Below are positions 1 through 7,220 of a stretch of DNA of 12,841 nt, one piece after another. The notes below the pieces were generated by a model. That model was not told the DNA's origin. It made no database searches and was given only the letters and a program-made list of their open reading frames with translations. This stretch comes from Candidatus Aenigmatarchaeota archaeon (GTDB lineage Archaea; Aenigmatarchaeota; Aenigmatarchaeia; CG10238-14; SpSt-28). Numbering within the stretch: position 1 is the stretch's first letter; every line of letters starts with the position of its first letter. The stretch lies in NCBI GenBank assembly GCA_032249395.1, contig JAVVFY010000014.1:1-12841 (forward strand). The letters are read 5' to 3'. The position numbers were made by a program, and so were the translations under genes.

Positions 1-684
1 TGTTTTAAAAACCTTAATGTATTTTTGATTAAGACGACTAGCTATAACCCTTAAGTCATTTTCCAAAATTTTCAATTCTTTTTCCTTCTCTGACAACAAA
101 GTAGAGAATTTATGAAGTTCTTCTTTTTGTTTTTGTATCAAAGCAAGTTCTGTTTTGGCTTTTTCCAATTTTTTTTCAACAACTTCTTTTTCCTTTTTCA
201 AATTATAAACCTCTACTTTTAATCTGCCTAATTCGTTTTCTTCTTTTGAAATTTCTGAAATAATCCTATTCAAAACTTCCTGCTTTTCCTTTAAAATATC
301 CAACTCCTTTAAAAGTTTTTCTTTTTCCCTTTTAAAGAACTCTATCTCAGACTTTAGAAAATGAATTTCTTTTAAGGCAACTTCTTTTTCCTGTTTTAAT
401 TCTCTTAGCTCTTGATTTAGTTGAGAAAGAAGTAATGTATTACTTTGAATTTGACCCGATATTTTTTGAAGTTGGCTTTCTAATTCTCGTCTTCTTCTTT
501 CTAATGCTTCTATCACAGCCCTAAGATCTCTTGTTTTTAATTCCTTCAAATCATCAAATTCTTTCTTTTTATTCTCAATTTTTTGCTCTAAATCTCTAAG
601 TTCTTTATTTCTTTGCTCTATTTGAGAAACTATAGAAGCAAGGTCATTCTGTAAAGCAATCAAATCTTTTTTAAAGACTTCCAT
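1..684 (-). CDS. Long coiled-coil protein, 3' end outside the window (>=228 aa; MEVFKKDLIALQNDLASIVSQIEQRNKELRDLEQKIENKKKEF...)
   Basis: Not in the ORF track because it has no stop in the window. The ATG at 684 overlaps the upstream TAA (TAATG). Manual translation stays open to position 1 and is K/E/L-rich with heptad periodicity. Confidence 0.85.
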   Translation of the reverse strand, partial: MEVFKKDLIALQNDLASIVSQIEQRNKELRDLEQKIENKKKEFDDLKELKTRDLRAVIEALERRRRELESQLQKISGQIQSNTLLLSQLNQELRELKQEKEVALKEIHFLKSEIEFFKREKEKLLKELDILKEKQEVLNRIISEISKEENELGRLKVEVYNLKKEKEVVEKKLEKAKTELALIQKQKEELHKFSTLLSEKEKELKILENDLRVIASRLNQKYIKVFKT

Positions 685-935
685 TAGTAGAAAATTACAT
701 AGTCAAAGTTAACGTTAGAAAGAAGGGCAGAAGCTAAGTTAATTGTAAAAGAAGTTGCTGTTTTATTGGAAACCCAATATAAAACAGAAATAGCATTAGT
801 AGGAGTAATAAGAACAGAATAAGAAGAGATACTGGTAGGTAAATTTACAACAACAGAAGTAGAACCAGCACTAATAGTTGCTGAACCTCTTATCACATTG
901 AAACCCAACCCAGATGAGGGATTATTGTAAGCCAT
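684..935 (-). CDS. Small beta-rich virion protein resembling the H-type-lectin-like/gp53-like C-terminal module of phage fibres
   Basis: 83 aa, S/T/V-rich, pattern GSATISAGSTSVVV...YSVLITP...WVSNKTATSFTIN...VNFDYV. TAATG-coupled on both sides. Fold assignment is by pattern recognition only. Confidence 0.55.
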   Translation of the reverse strand: MAYNNPSSGLGFNVIRGSATISAGSTSVVVNLPTSISSYSVLITPTNAISVLYWVSNKTATSFTINLASALLSNVNFDYVIFY

Positions 936-1399
936 TAGTTTGTTCTAAGAGCTAAATGAAATTCGGTTATCGAACTTCCAGTATTTGTTCCGCTAACACT
1001 TGAAACTACTATTCTAATACCATCACAGGGAGGAATGGGAAACTCATATTGATATCGACCATTAGGAATATCTGTATTATTCAAAACCAAAGTCATTGGC
1101 TTTAATACCTGCTGTCCTCCTTGAAATGTTGAAGCAGTTTGTTGATAAGCCTGATTATTTCTGTAGAAACTAATTGTTAAAACTATTTGTGTTAAGGAAC
1201 CATAAGTAAGATTAAAACCCAATGTTCCCTGACTATTACTTCTTAAAGCATCAAGATAAGCCAATCTAATGTTTTCGTCAAAAGAAGGAGAAGAAGAGGA
1301 GGGAGATAAATCTAACAAAACAGCATTAGCAGTAACTGGAGATAAGTCATTCCCTTTAATAACTGTTTGTGAAGATGGATAAGTAATGGTAGTAGCCAT
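935..1399 (-). CDS. Hypothetical virion structural protein (beta-rich)
   Basis: 154 aa, S/T/N/Q-rich, downstream of the capsid gene, TAATG-coupled to both neighbours. Confidence 0.6.
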   Translation of the reverse strand: MATTITYPSSQTVIKGNDLSPVTANAVLLDLSPSSSSPSFDENIRLAYLDALRSNSQGTLGFNLTYGSLTQIVLTISFYRNNQAYQQTASTFQGGQQVLKPMTLVLNNTDIPNGRYQYEFPIPPCDGIRIVVSSVSGTNTGSSITEFHLALRTN

Positions 1400-1641
1400 T
1401 ATTCGGAAACTTCCTCAGAAACGACCTCTTGTTTTTTAGATGGTCTACCCCTTTTAGGTTTTTCTTCTGAAGAAACTTCTTCTTCTCCTTCTTCTTCCAA
1501 AACTAATTGAACTTTTCCTGGATAAGAAACTAAAACCCTTGATAATTGAGGTTCCTCTAATTCAACAACTTCACCAGGTTCCAAAACGATATTGAAATAG
1601 GGTTCAATAAGCCTTTCTCCTGAAATATTTTTAACTTTCAT
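1399..1641 (-). CDS. Small acidic protein following the major capsid gene, with a KRGRP (AT-hook-like) motif
   Basis: 80 aa. N-terminal VKN...LEPGEVVEL segment, acidic tail and KPKRGRPSKK. Small proteins of this type often follow capsid genes. Confidence 0.65.
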   Translation of the reverse strand: MKVKNISGERLIEPYFNIVLEPGEVVELEEPQLSRVLVSYPGKVQLVLEEEGEEEVSSEEKPKRGRPSKKQEVVSEEVSE

Positions 1642-1667
1642 CTTCCGTTAAAAGATAAAAACGACCC

Positions 1668-1715
1668 TAGATATCCCAGCCCCACCTCAAAAAGAGATGG
1701 GGCTGGGTACACCTA
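1668..1715 (-). terminator. Strong stem-loop after the major capsid gene (terminator, attenuator or mRNA 3' stabiliser)
   Basis: Minus strand CCCAGCCCCATCTC-TTTTT-GAGGTGGGGCTGGG (1675-1707) forms a 14-bp stem with one U-G pair that only works on the minus-strand RNA. It extends by TAGGTGT/ATATCTA. The U-rich tract is about 13 nt away rather than adjacent. Confidence 0.7.
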
Positions 1716-1719
1716 ACCA

Positions 1720-2733
1720 TTAATCTGTAATTATAGAACCATTTCCTTCAGAAACAACTACTCCTCTCCAGTTAAATGCTCCAACTTTCCATTCTCCATG
1801 AACATCAAAAACATAGGTTTTTGTTACATTATCAAACCAATCTTCTGCTGTAATATCTTTGAAAACTACGTGAACAATAGGAGAGTTATTTCCATCAACT
1901 AAGAACCATCTTGTGTTGCTACCACCCTGAAGAGCGCCAAGATATGGGCTTGTAACTACAATGTATCTTCCTTGAAAGATGTTAGCTACAAAGTTGTTGG
2001 TATATGGAGTATTGGGTGTTTCAGCAATCTCCATAGCTCTTCTAACTAATGCTGGAGGAACTACAAGATAAATTTGTCCTGACATATAGGGCATTGGTTT
2101 TCCTGTATCATCAACTGTATTTTGTGCCAAAAGAATAGCACTTTCTAAGGCACTAACTGATAAATCAGGAGAGGTAGCAAGAACGTTAGAACCAACTCCA
2201 CCACCAACTAATGGGTGTTGGGTAGAAGCAAACTTAACTCCATCTCCATAAGGAAAGAGTTGAGGAGGTAAGTCTGCAGGAGCAGTTCTAACATTGTTGA
2301 ACCAATCAAAAATATGCTTAGAAGCAGTTAAAACAGCATTTTGTCTAATTTTCTTTACTTCGTCTAAAGCTGCGGCGTATTCTGGACTTCTTCTTTCTAA
2401 GCTTTCTCTAGTTACCCTAATTGAACGAGCAAACTGATAAGGTTGAACTTCTGTAATTATTCCTTTGAGATATTCGGACATTGGAAATGGCTGACCTTCT
2501 GCTCTTGGTTCTAAGTAACCTACTAAACCTGTTGTATATGTTGTTTCAAGTTTTTGTCTTCCAGTAGCATTAATTCTTCTAACTAAGGGAGTAACATTTG
2601 TCATTGCATCAAATAAGGAAACAGCATCATAAAGCCTCAATTGCTCATCTCCTTGAGAATAAACTTCAAAGAATTTTGCTCTTACTCCCTCAAGAAAAGA
2701 ATCGATATAGGAAGTAGTTATAGGATTAGCCAT
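1720..2733 (-). CDS. Major capsid protein (HK97 fold, Mu gpT-like family)
   Basis: 337 aa with GDGVKFASTQHPL, LVVPPAL, SPYL...WFL and terminal NWRG motifs typical of gpT-like capsid proteins. Lies after portal, scaffold and decoration genes and is followed by a strong hairpin. Confidence 0.88.
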   Translation of the reverse strand: MANPITTSYIDSFLEGVRAKFFEVYSQGDEQLRLYDAVSLFDAMTNVTPLVRRINATGRQKLETTYTTGLVGYLEPRAEGQPFPMSEYLKGIITEVQPYQFARSIRVTRESLERRSPEYAAALDEVKKIRQNAVLTASKHIFDWFNNVRTAPADLPPQLFPYGDGVKFASTQHPLVGGGVGSNVLATSPDLSVSALESAILLAQNTVDDTGKPMPYMSGQIYLVVPPALVRRAMEIAETPNTPYTNNFVANIFQGRYIVVTSPYLGALQGGSNTRWFLVDGNNSPIVHVVFKDITAEDWFDNVTKTYVFDVHGEWKVGAFNWRGVVVSEGNGSIITD

Positions 2734-2769
2734 TGATTAAGAATTTCAGGTTAATTAAGACCTTAATGA

Positions 2770-3255
2770 TTAGAAAAGTCTTGAGCGAATTTTAACTTTA
2801 CCAACTGTATCAGAAACTTTTTCAATTAAAACAACTTCTTTGGGATAACCTGGGTCTCCTGGACCAACTCTTGTAGAAGCATCTACGTACAAACCACCCT
2901 CGTCTAAAGAATAAGTATCACCTAAGTTGTGAGTAGCAATTGAACCACTAAAATCTGCTACTAAAGTAACATCCTCATTTAATATTGCTACTCTGGCCCA
3001 ATAAGTTTTAGTGGTTGTATTATCCACCGGAGTTTCTATGCTATTTCCAGTTCCTTGACCTAAAACTTTTCCATCTTTACCAGTAAAGCCAACAATAATT
3101 CCCAAAATGTTTGTAGCACCACCAGGAGCAGGAACAACTACTCCACCATCACCAAAAACCACTGCTTGGTTAAGGTAATAAGTTGTTGAATTATCAAGTA
3201 AGAATTCTTTCTCCAAAATAAGAGAATATGAAGTTCTATCAATTTTTAAGGCCAT
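2770..3255 (-). CDS. Putative capsid decoration/cement protein
   Basis: 161 aa, G/V/T-rich beta-type sequence (QAVVFGDGGVVVPA...ILGIIVGF) located between scaffold and capsid genes. Confidence 0.6.
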   Translation of the reverse strand: MALKIDRTSYSLILEKEFLLDNSTTYYLNQAVVFGDGGVVVPAPGGATNILGIIVGFTGKDGKVLGQGTGNSIETPVDNTTTKTYWARVAILNEDVTLVADFSGSIATHNLGDTYSLDEGGLYVDASTRVGPGDPGYPKEVVLIEKVSDTVGKVKIRSRLF

Positions 3256-3284
3256 TTTTAGAATGTAAAGAATGGCGACCCAAA

Positions 3285-3926
3285 TTAGTATTCGAGAACG
3301 GGTTCGTTTCCTTTTAAGAGGGTAGATTTTTGTTCTCCTTTTCTCATTCTTGCTATAGTTTCAGGGCTAACACCCAATTGTGCTGCTTTTATTATGTCTT
3401 CCTGTGTAATTTCTGAAGTTTCAACCTCTTCTGTAGTTTCAGAGGAAAGATTTTGAGCTTTTTGAACAAATTCTTGTTTAGCAGTTTCAGCTGTTTTCTT
3501 TACATTCAAAAGTTCTTTTAATTCCTGTGGTTTAAGAGACATATAAGCAAGAAGTAATTGGTTTTCTAATTCTCCTTCATCTAAGGTGTCAGTAGCATAT
3601 TTTTGCTGCCAAACCTCAAGAACCTGTTTTTTAACATCTTCATTGGTTAAGGCAGTAAGGGTATTAGATAATTTAGCTATCACTTCACCAGCTTTTGCCA
3701 TTTTATAAGCCTCAAACTTACTTTGATCTTGTTCTCTAAGTTCTTTTATTTTCTCCCTTGTTTCATTAAGTTTGTATTTCAAAGCAGCAATAGCATCTTC
3801 TAACCCCTTCTTTTGTTCCTCATAATCTGAAACTTCTTTGGAAAGAGTTTGTTTTTTTGTCTCAAGTTCTTGAATTTCTGCTTCTAAGGATTTTTGTTTA
3901 TCTAAAAGCTCTTGTAATTCGTCCAT
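3285..3926 (-). CDS. Putative capsid scaffolding protein
   Basis: 213 aa, acidic, N-terminal coiled coil, C-terminal ITQEDIIKAAQLGVSPETIAR helix pair typical of scaffold tails. Located upstream of the capsid gene. Confidence 0.7.
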   Translation of the reverse strand: MDELQELLDKQKSLEAEIQELETKKQTLSKEVSDYEEQKKGLEDAIAALKYKLNETREKIKELREQDQSKFEAYKMAKAGEVIAKLSNTLTALTNEDVKKQVLEVWQQKYATDTLDEGELENQLLLAYMSLKPQELKELLNVKKTAETAKQEFVQKAQNLSSETTEEVETSEITQEDIIKAAQLGVSPETIARMRKGEQKSTLLKGNEPVLEY

Positions 3927-3946
3927 TTTTAGAAAAGCCCATTTAT

Positions 3947-3973
3947 TTTACCCCGCTGGCTTCACGGGGGAAA
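3947..3973 (-). promoter_or_regulatory. 5' leader hairpin of the scaffold-capsid transcript
   Basis: CCCCG (3951-3955) / CGGGG (3965-3969) stem with a 9-nt loop, extendable by TTT/AAA. Lies just downstream of the predicted transcription start (~3979). Confidence 0.45.
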
Positions 3974-3985
3974 TTGTTCGTAATC

Positions 3986-4014
3986 ATTATAAACGAGCTA
4001 TTTTGCTTTGTCAA
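3986..4014 (-). promoter_or_regulatory. Perfect sigma70-type promoter for scaffold-decoration-capsid genes
   Basis: Minus strand TTGACA (4014-4009), 17-nt spacer, TATAAT (3991-3986), in the intergenic gap. Confidence 0.85.
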
Positions 4015-4017
4015 GCC

Positions 4018-4260
4018 TCAAAAAGTTTTTCTCTTTTTAATTTTAATTGGCTGTGGTTGAGGAATTTTTACTTTGGGGACTTTAATTTTAGGAATTTTTA
4101 CTACCAATTTTTTTACGTGAGTAGGATAATGAGGAACCTTTAAAGAAGGCATTTTAGGAGCAGAAACCCTTGGCATTTGGGGCTTTTTATAAGTAAGTTT
4201 AACCATTTTGGGTTTTACACCTCTTAAAAATGGACCGACCTTATCGGTTGTAATAACCAT
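4018..4260 (-). CDS. Very basic Lys/Pro-rich small protein (possible DNA-condensing core protein)
   Basis: 80 aa with a single acidic residue and repeated K-(I/V/M)-P-K units. TAATG-coupled to the upstream ORF and preceded by GGTCG with a 21-nt spacer. Confidence 0.65.
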   Translation of the reverse strand: MVITTDKVGPFLRGVKPKMVKLTYKKPQMPRVSAPKMPSLKVPHYPTHVKKLVVKIPKIKVPKVKIPQPQPIKIKKRKTF

Positions 4261-4478
4261 TATTTTTTCTTTTTCTTTTTTCGACCAGCTTTACCTACGC
4301 CATATTTTCCATAAGCAATGGCGGCAGCTATTTGCTGTGCGTGTTTCAAGCTTCTTGGTTTATACTCCGCTCTACTAGTAGTCATTTTCCCTGTTTCCTT
4401 ATACTCCCTTAACAGAGTTTCAATTTCTTTACTTATTGCTTCTCTTTTTTTCTTAGAAATTTTTCTTTTTTTAGCCAT
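4260..4478 (-). CDS. Small basic protein reminiscent of DUF6496-like phage proteins
   Basis: 72 aa, poly-K termini, core ISKEIETLLREYKETGK...AQQIAAAIAY resembling the EFKxGKL...KQAIAIAL pattern. Confidence 0.65.
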   Translation of the reverse strand: MAKKRKISKKKREAISKEIETLLREYKETGKMTTSRAEYKPRSLKHAQQIAAAIAYGKYGVGKAGRKKKKKK

Positions 4479-4884
4479 TTTGCTTTTCTTGATTAAAAGC
4501 GACCATTTGTTTAAGTTCTTTTTTAATTTGCTGAATATTGGGAGCTTGGGGCTTTTCTTGAGGAAAAACTTGGCTTACTTCCTCTTTGGCTTCTATTAAT
4601 CTTTTTATAACTTCCCATTCGGTTACAATGGCACGAAGTTCTGAAGTATGCTTATCATCAAGCCAAGATTGTTTAAGCAAAAAATTCTGCCTTGAAGTTA
4701 TCCATTTTACCAAAAGTGGTTCCTTTTTCCCAATTCTTTTCCACAATTCTTCAGTTTCTTTAGCATCAAATTTCATTCCTTCATCATCAAAATAAGTAGC
4801 AATTCTTCTATCAATTAAATCTCTTTCAATTTCTTTATCCATTAACAATCTGATTAAAAATTTTTTAAATTGCTTCACCCACAT
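4471..4884 (-). CDS. Hypothetical protein downstream of portal
   Basis: 137 aa helical ORF overlapping both neighbours in operon orientation. Confidence 0.7.
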   Translation of the reverse strand: MWVKQFKKFLIRLLMDKEIERDLIDRRIATYFDDEGMKFDAKETEELWKRIGKKEPLLVKWITSRQNFLLKQSWLDDKHTSELRAIVTEWEVIKRLIEAKEEVSQVFPQEKPQAPNIQQIKKELKQMVAFNQEKQNG

Positions 4885-6880
4885 TTAATAAGTCTGTTAA
4901 ATCGGCAAATGTAGTTTTTCTTTTTCTTGAACCATAACCAGGCCTTCCTCCCTTAACTCCTTGTGCTACACTTTCTCCGCCTGCCCTCGTTAGCATCTCA
5001 ATAAATGGTTGAACTCCTTGTTCAGTTGTTGGGGATTGTGTTGGAGTTCCACCTAACAAATATTCGAAAACCCCGTCTATAAGCCAATCACCTGGACTTT
5101 CATTCCAAATCTCGAATAATCTAACAGCAGCTTTTCTTCTATCAACAATATCTGGGAACATTTGAAGTAACAATTGCGCAAATTCCATAAATAGTGCTTT
5201 TTGAACTTGAGGTGTTTGTTCCAAATCAAATCTTATAGCAATATCAAAATCAAGGTTTCTTAGCATTTCAGCAGTAACCTCTATAATTTCAATATTTTCC
5301 TTGTTACTTATTGCCCTTAAAAGCTTTTCTTGTCTTAAGGCCTCTGGAGAGGCAAGAGTTTCTTCATTATCAGTAACCCTTATTTCAAGATTAGCAACTC
5401 CAACAGGAGATGGGACTTCATTAACCCTAATAACATTTCTGAATTTTCTTTCCCCAACAACCTTTTGCATATCAACAGAAGTCATAAATTGTAAAAGGTT
5501 TTTAATTTGTAATCTTGCTTTTTGCTCTAATAAGCTTTGATAAAAGATTTTAGGAAGAGAGAATGATTGCTGAATTGCTTGTTGCCTCAATAGATTTTCT
5601 GCTGCTGATTTGGGTTGTCTTGTAGGTGTAGCAGGAGGAACCAGTGGAGTTGTAATCTTTTCTAAAACACCTTGAAGGTAAACATTCATATTCCACACGC
5701 TTGGGTCTAATGGGTTCATCTGTATTTCTCTAAAGGTATCAGCCATAGGAAAACTATAAATTTTTCCTCCTTCCAATGAGAAGTTACCCTCGGGAACTGT
5801 TGGGTCAGCAGTAACGATTGGAGGATTTATAGCCTTCCATATTCTTTCTAGGGACATTTCAATTAGGTTTTCAATGGCTTCTACAGGAGATTTTATTTGG
5901 TGAACAATAGAAGCGCCATAGAAGAAGTTGTTAGAAATTGGTTTGTAAACCGTATAGGCAAAAGGAAGTTCTTTATGGTTCCAAGGTAGGGGAGATTTAA
6001 CTAATCTTCTGCCTTCTTTAACTGGGTTTATCCAAATACCATTAGCTATCACAACAAACTCATCTTTGGCTCGGTTGTAGTATTTTAAAATCTCAACCTT
6101 ATCTTGCATAAGCATTGTTTTATCCATCAGTTGTGCTATCAAACTATCAGGAGAAAGTCTAATACCAGGATAAACATATTGGGCATTTGGATATTGCCCA
6201 AACTTTCTTTGAAATTCAGTCCATTTCATATAAACTCTCTCTATAACTTCCTCCTGTTTTTGAATATCAGTTTCGTAAATTTTAGGGAAGAAGAAATCAT
6301 CTAAATTGACAATTCTTTCTTCTTTATCGAAAATTTTATCTTCTTTTTCCTCATATTTGATTTCGTATGTTTGAGGGTCAAAATAAGTCACATCTTTGTA
6401 TTTTCTTGTTTTGTAGCGAGCATCAACATAAACAATAACAGTTCCATCGATTATTGCTTGCCAAAACTGTAAGAAATTTTGGATTTTGTCTTTAGTGGAG
6501 CGATACAAAAATTTGAAAAAACCATTTAGTAAAGAGCTTAATTGGACATCAAAGCCCTCAATTCCATAAAATTGAGGATTGAGAGAAAGATTTACTATGA
6601 AAGTTAAAACTCTTTCTACGGCAACTCTATATTCCTGAGAAAAATAAAGTTTTCTTCCCGTAAGTTCATAAGCAGTAGAAATTGGAACCTTTCCATAAAA
6701 TTTGTCTCTTGCCTCTGAAATGTATTCTTTTAGGGTTTTGCCACCAAATTCATCAAAAGTGGAATAATGTATGTTTCTCCAACGATAATACTTATCATAA
6801 ACCTCGGAAATAACTTCAATTTCATCATCCGTAAAATGTTTTATTTTTTCTAAAACAATTTTTTCGTTGTTATTGGCCAT
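4865..6880 (-). CDS. Portal protein (large, P22-like type)
   Basis: 671 aa between terminase and scaffold/capsid genes. The PWNHKELPF...FYGASIVHQIKSPVEAIENLIEMSLE segment and KSAAE motif resemble P22-like portals. Confidence 0.8.
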   Translation of the reverse strand: MANNNEKIVLEKIKHFTDDEIEVISEVYDKYYRWRNIHYSTFDEFGGKTLKEYISEARDKFYGKVPISTAYELTGRKLYFSQEYRVAVERVLTFIVNLSLNPQFYGIEGFDVQLSSLLNGFFKFLYRSTKDKIQNFLQFWQAIIDGTVIVYVDARYKTRKYKDVTYFDPQTYEIKYEEKEDKIFDKEERIVNLDDFFFPKIYETDIQKQEEVIERVYMKWTEFQRKFGQYPNAQYVYPGIRLSPDSLIAQLMDKTMLMQDKVEILKYYNRAKDEFVVIANGIWINPVKEGRRLVKSPLPWNHKELPFAYTVYKPISNNFFYGASIVHQIKSPVEAIENLIEMSLERIWKAINPPIVTADPTVPEGNFSLEGGKIYSFPMADTFREIQMNPLDPSVWNMNVYLQGVLEKITTPLVPPATPTRQPKSAAENLLRQQAIQQSFSLPKIFYQSLLEQKARLQIKNLLQFMTSVDMQKVVGERKFRNVIRVNEVPSPVGVANLEIRVTDNEETLASPEALRQEKLLRAISNKENIEIIEVTAEMLRNLDFDIAIRFDLEQTPQVQKALFMEFAQLLLQMFPDIVDRRKAAVRLFEIWNESPGDWLIDGVFEYLLGGTPTQSPTTEQGVQPFIEMLTRAGGESVAQGVKGGRPGYGSRKRKTTFADLTDLLNVGEAI

Positions 6881-7220
6881 TTATTTCAATTCCGTGTTTA
6901 AATCCTGGCTTAAACCTTGTCCTTTGCCAAGTTTTTTCCAAATGGTATGCTAATGATGGAGCTTTTATAACAACTAGCCTTCTTTTAATTTCATCAACAA
7001 TAATGGGAAGTCTTTGGAAAACATCTTCAGAACTTTCAAAGGTATATGTTCCAATTATCACATTGTTCCTATAAAAAGTCAATTGTCTATTTTCTGGATA
7101 CCAAGAAGCACCAATTTTGCCATCTAGAAGTTGAACCCTTGAAACTAAATATCTAATAGCGCTTAGCATAAGTTGAAATTTTAGGTCCACCCAATGTATT
7201 ACCCTTGAAAAATACATCAA
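6870..7220 (-). CDS. Hypothetical protein between terminase and portal (start uncertain: TTG 7220, ATG 7217 or ATG 7169)
   Basis: ORF fills the terminase-portal gap and overlaps both genes. Confidence 0.6.
   Translation of the reverse strand: MMYFSRVIHWVDLKFQLMLSAIRYLVSRVQLLDGKIGASWYPENRQLTFYRNNVIIGTYTFESSEDVFQRLPIIVDEIKRRLVVIKAPSLAYHLEKTWQRTRFKPGFKHGIEINGQ

Noticed and set aside
1056..4240. GGTCG copies at 1056-1060 and 4236-4240 as start-associated elements
   Set aside because: Neither has a plausible start 20-22 nt downstream (the in-frame ATG at 4206 is 29 nt away), so both are treated as background.
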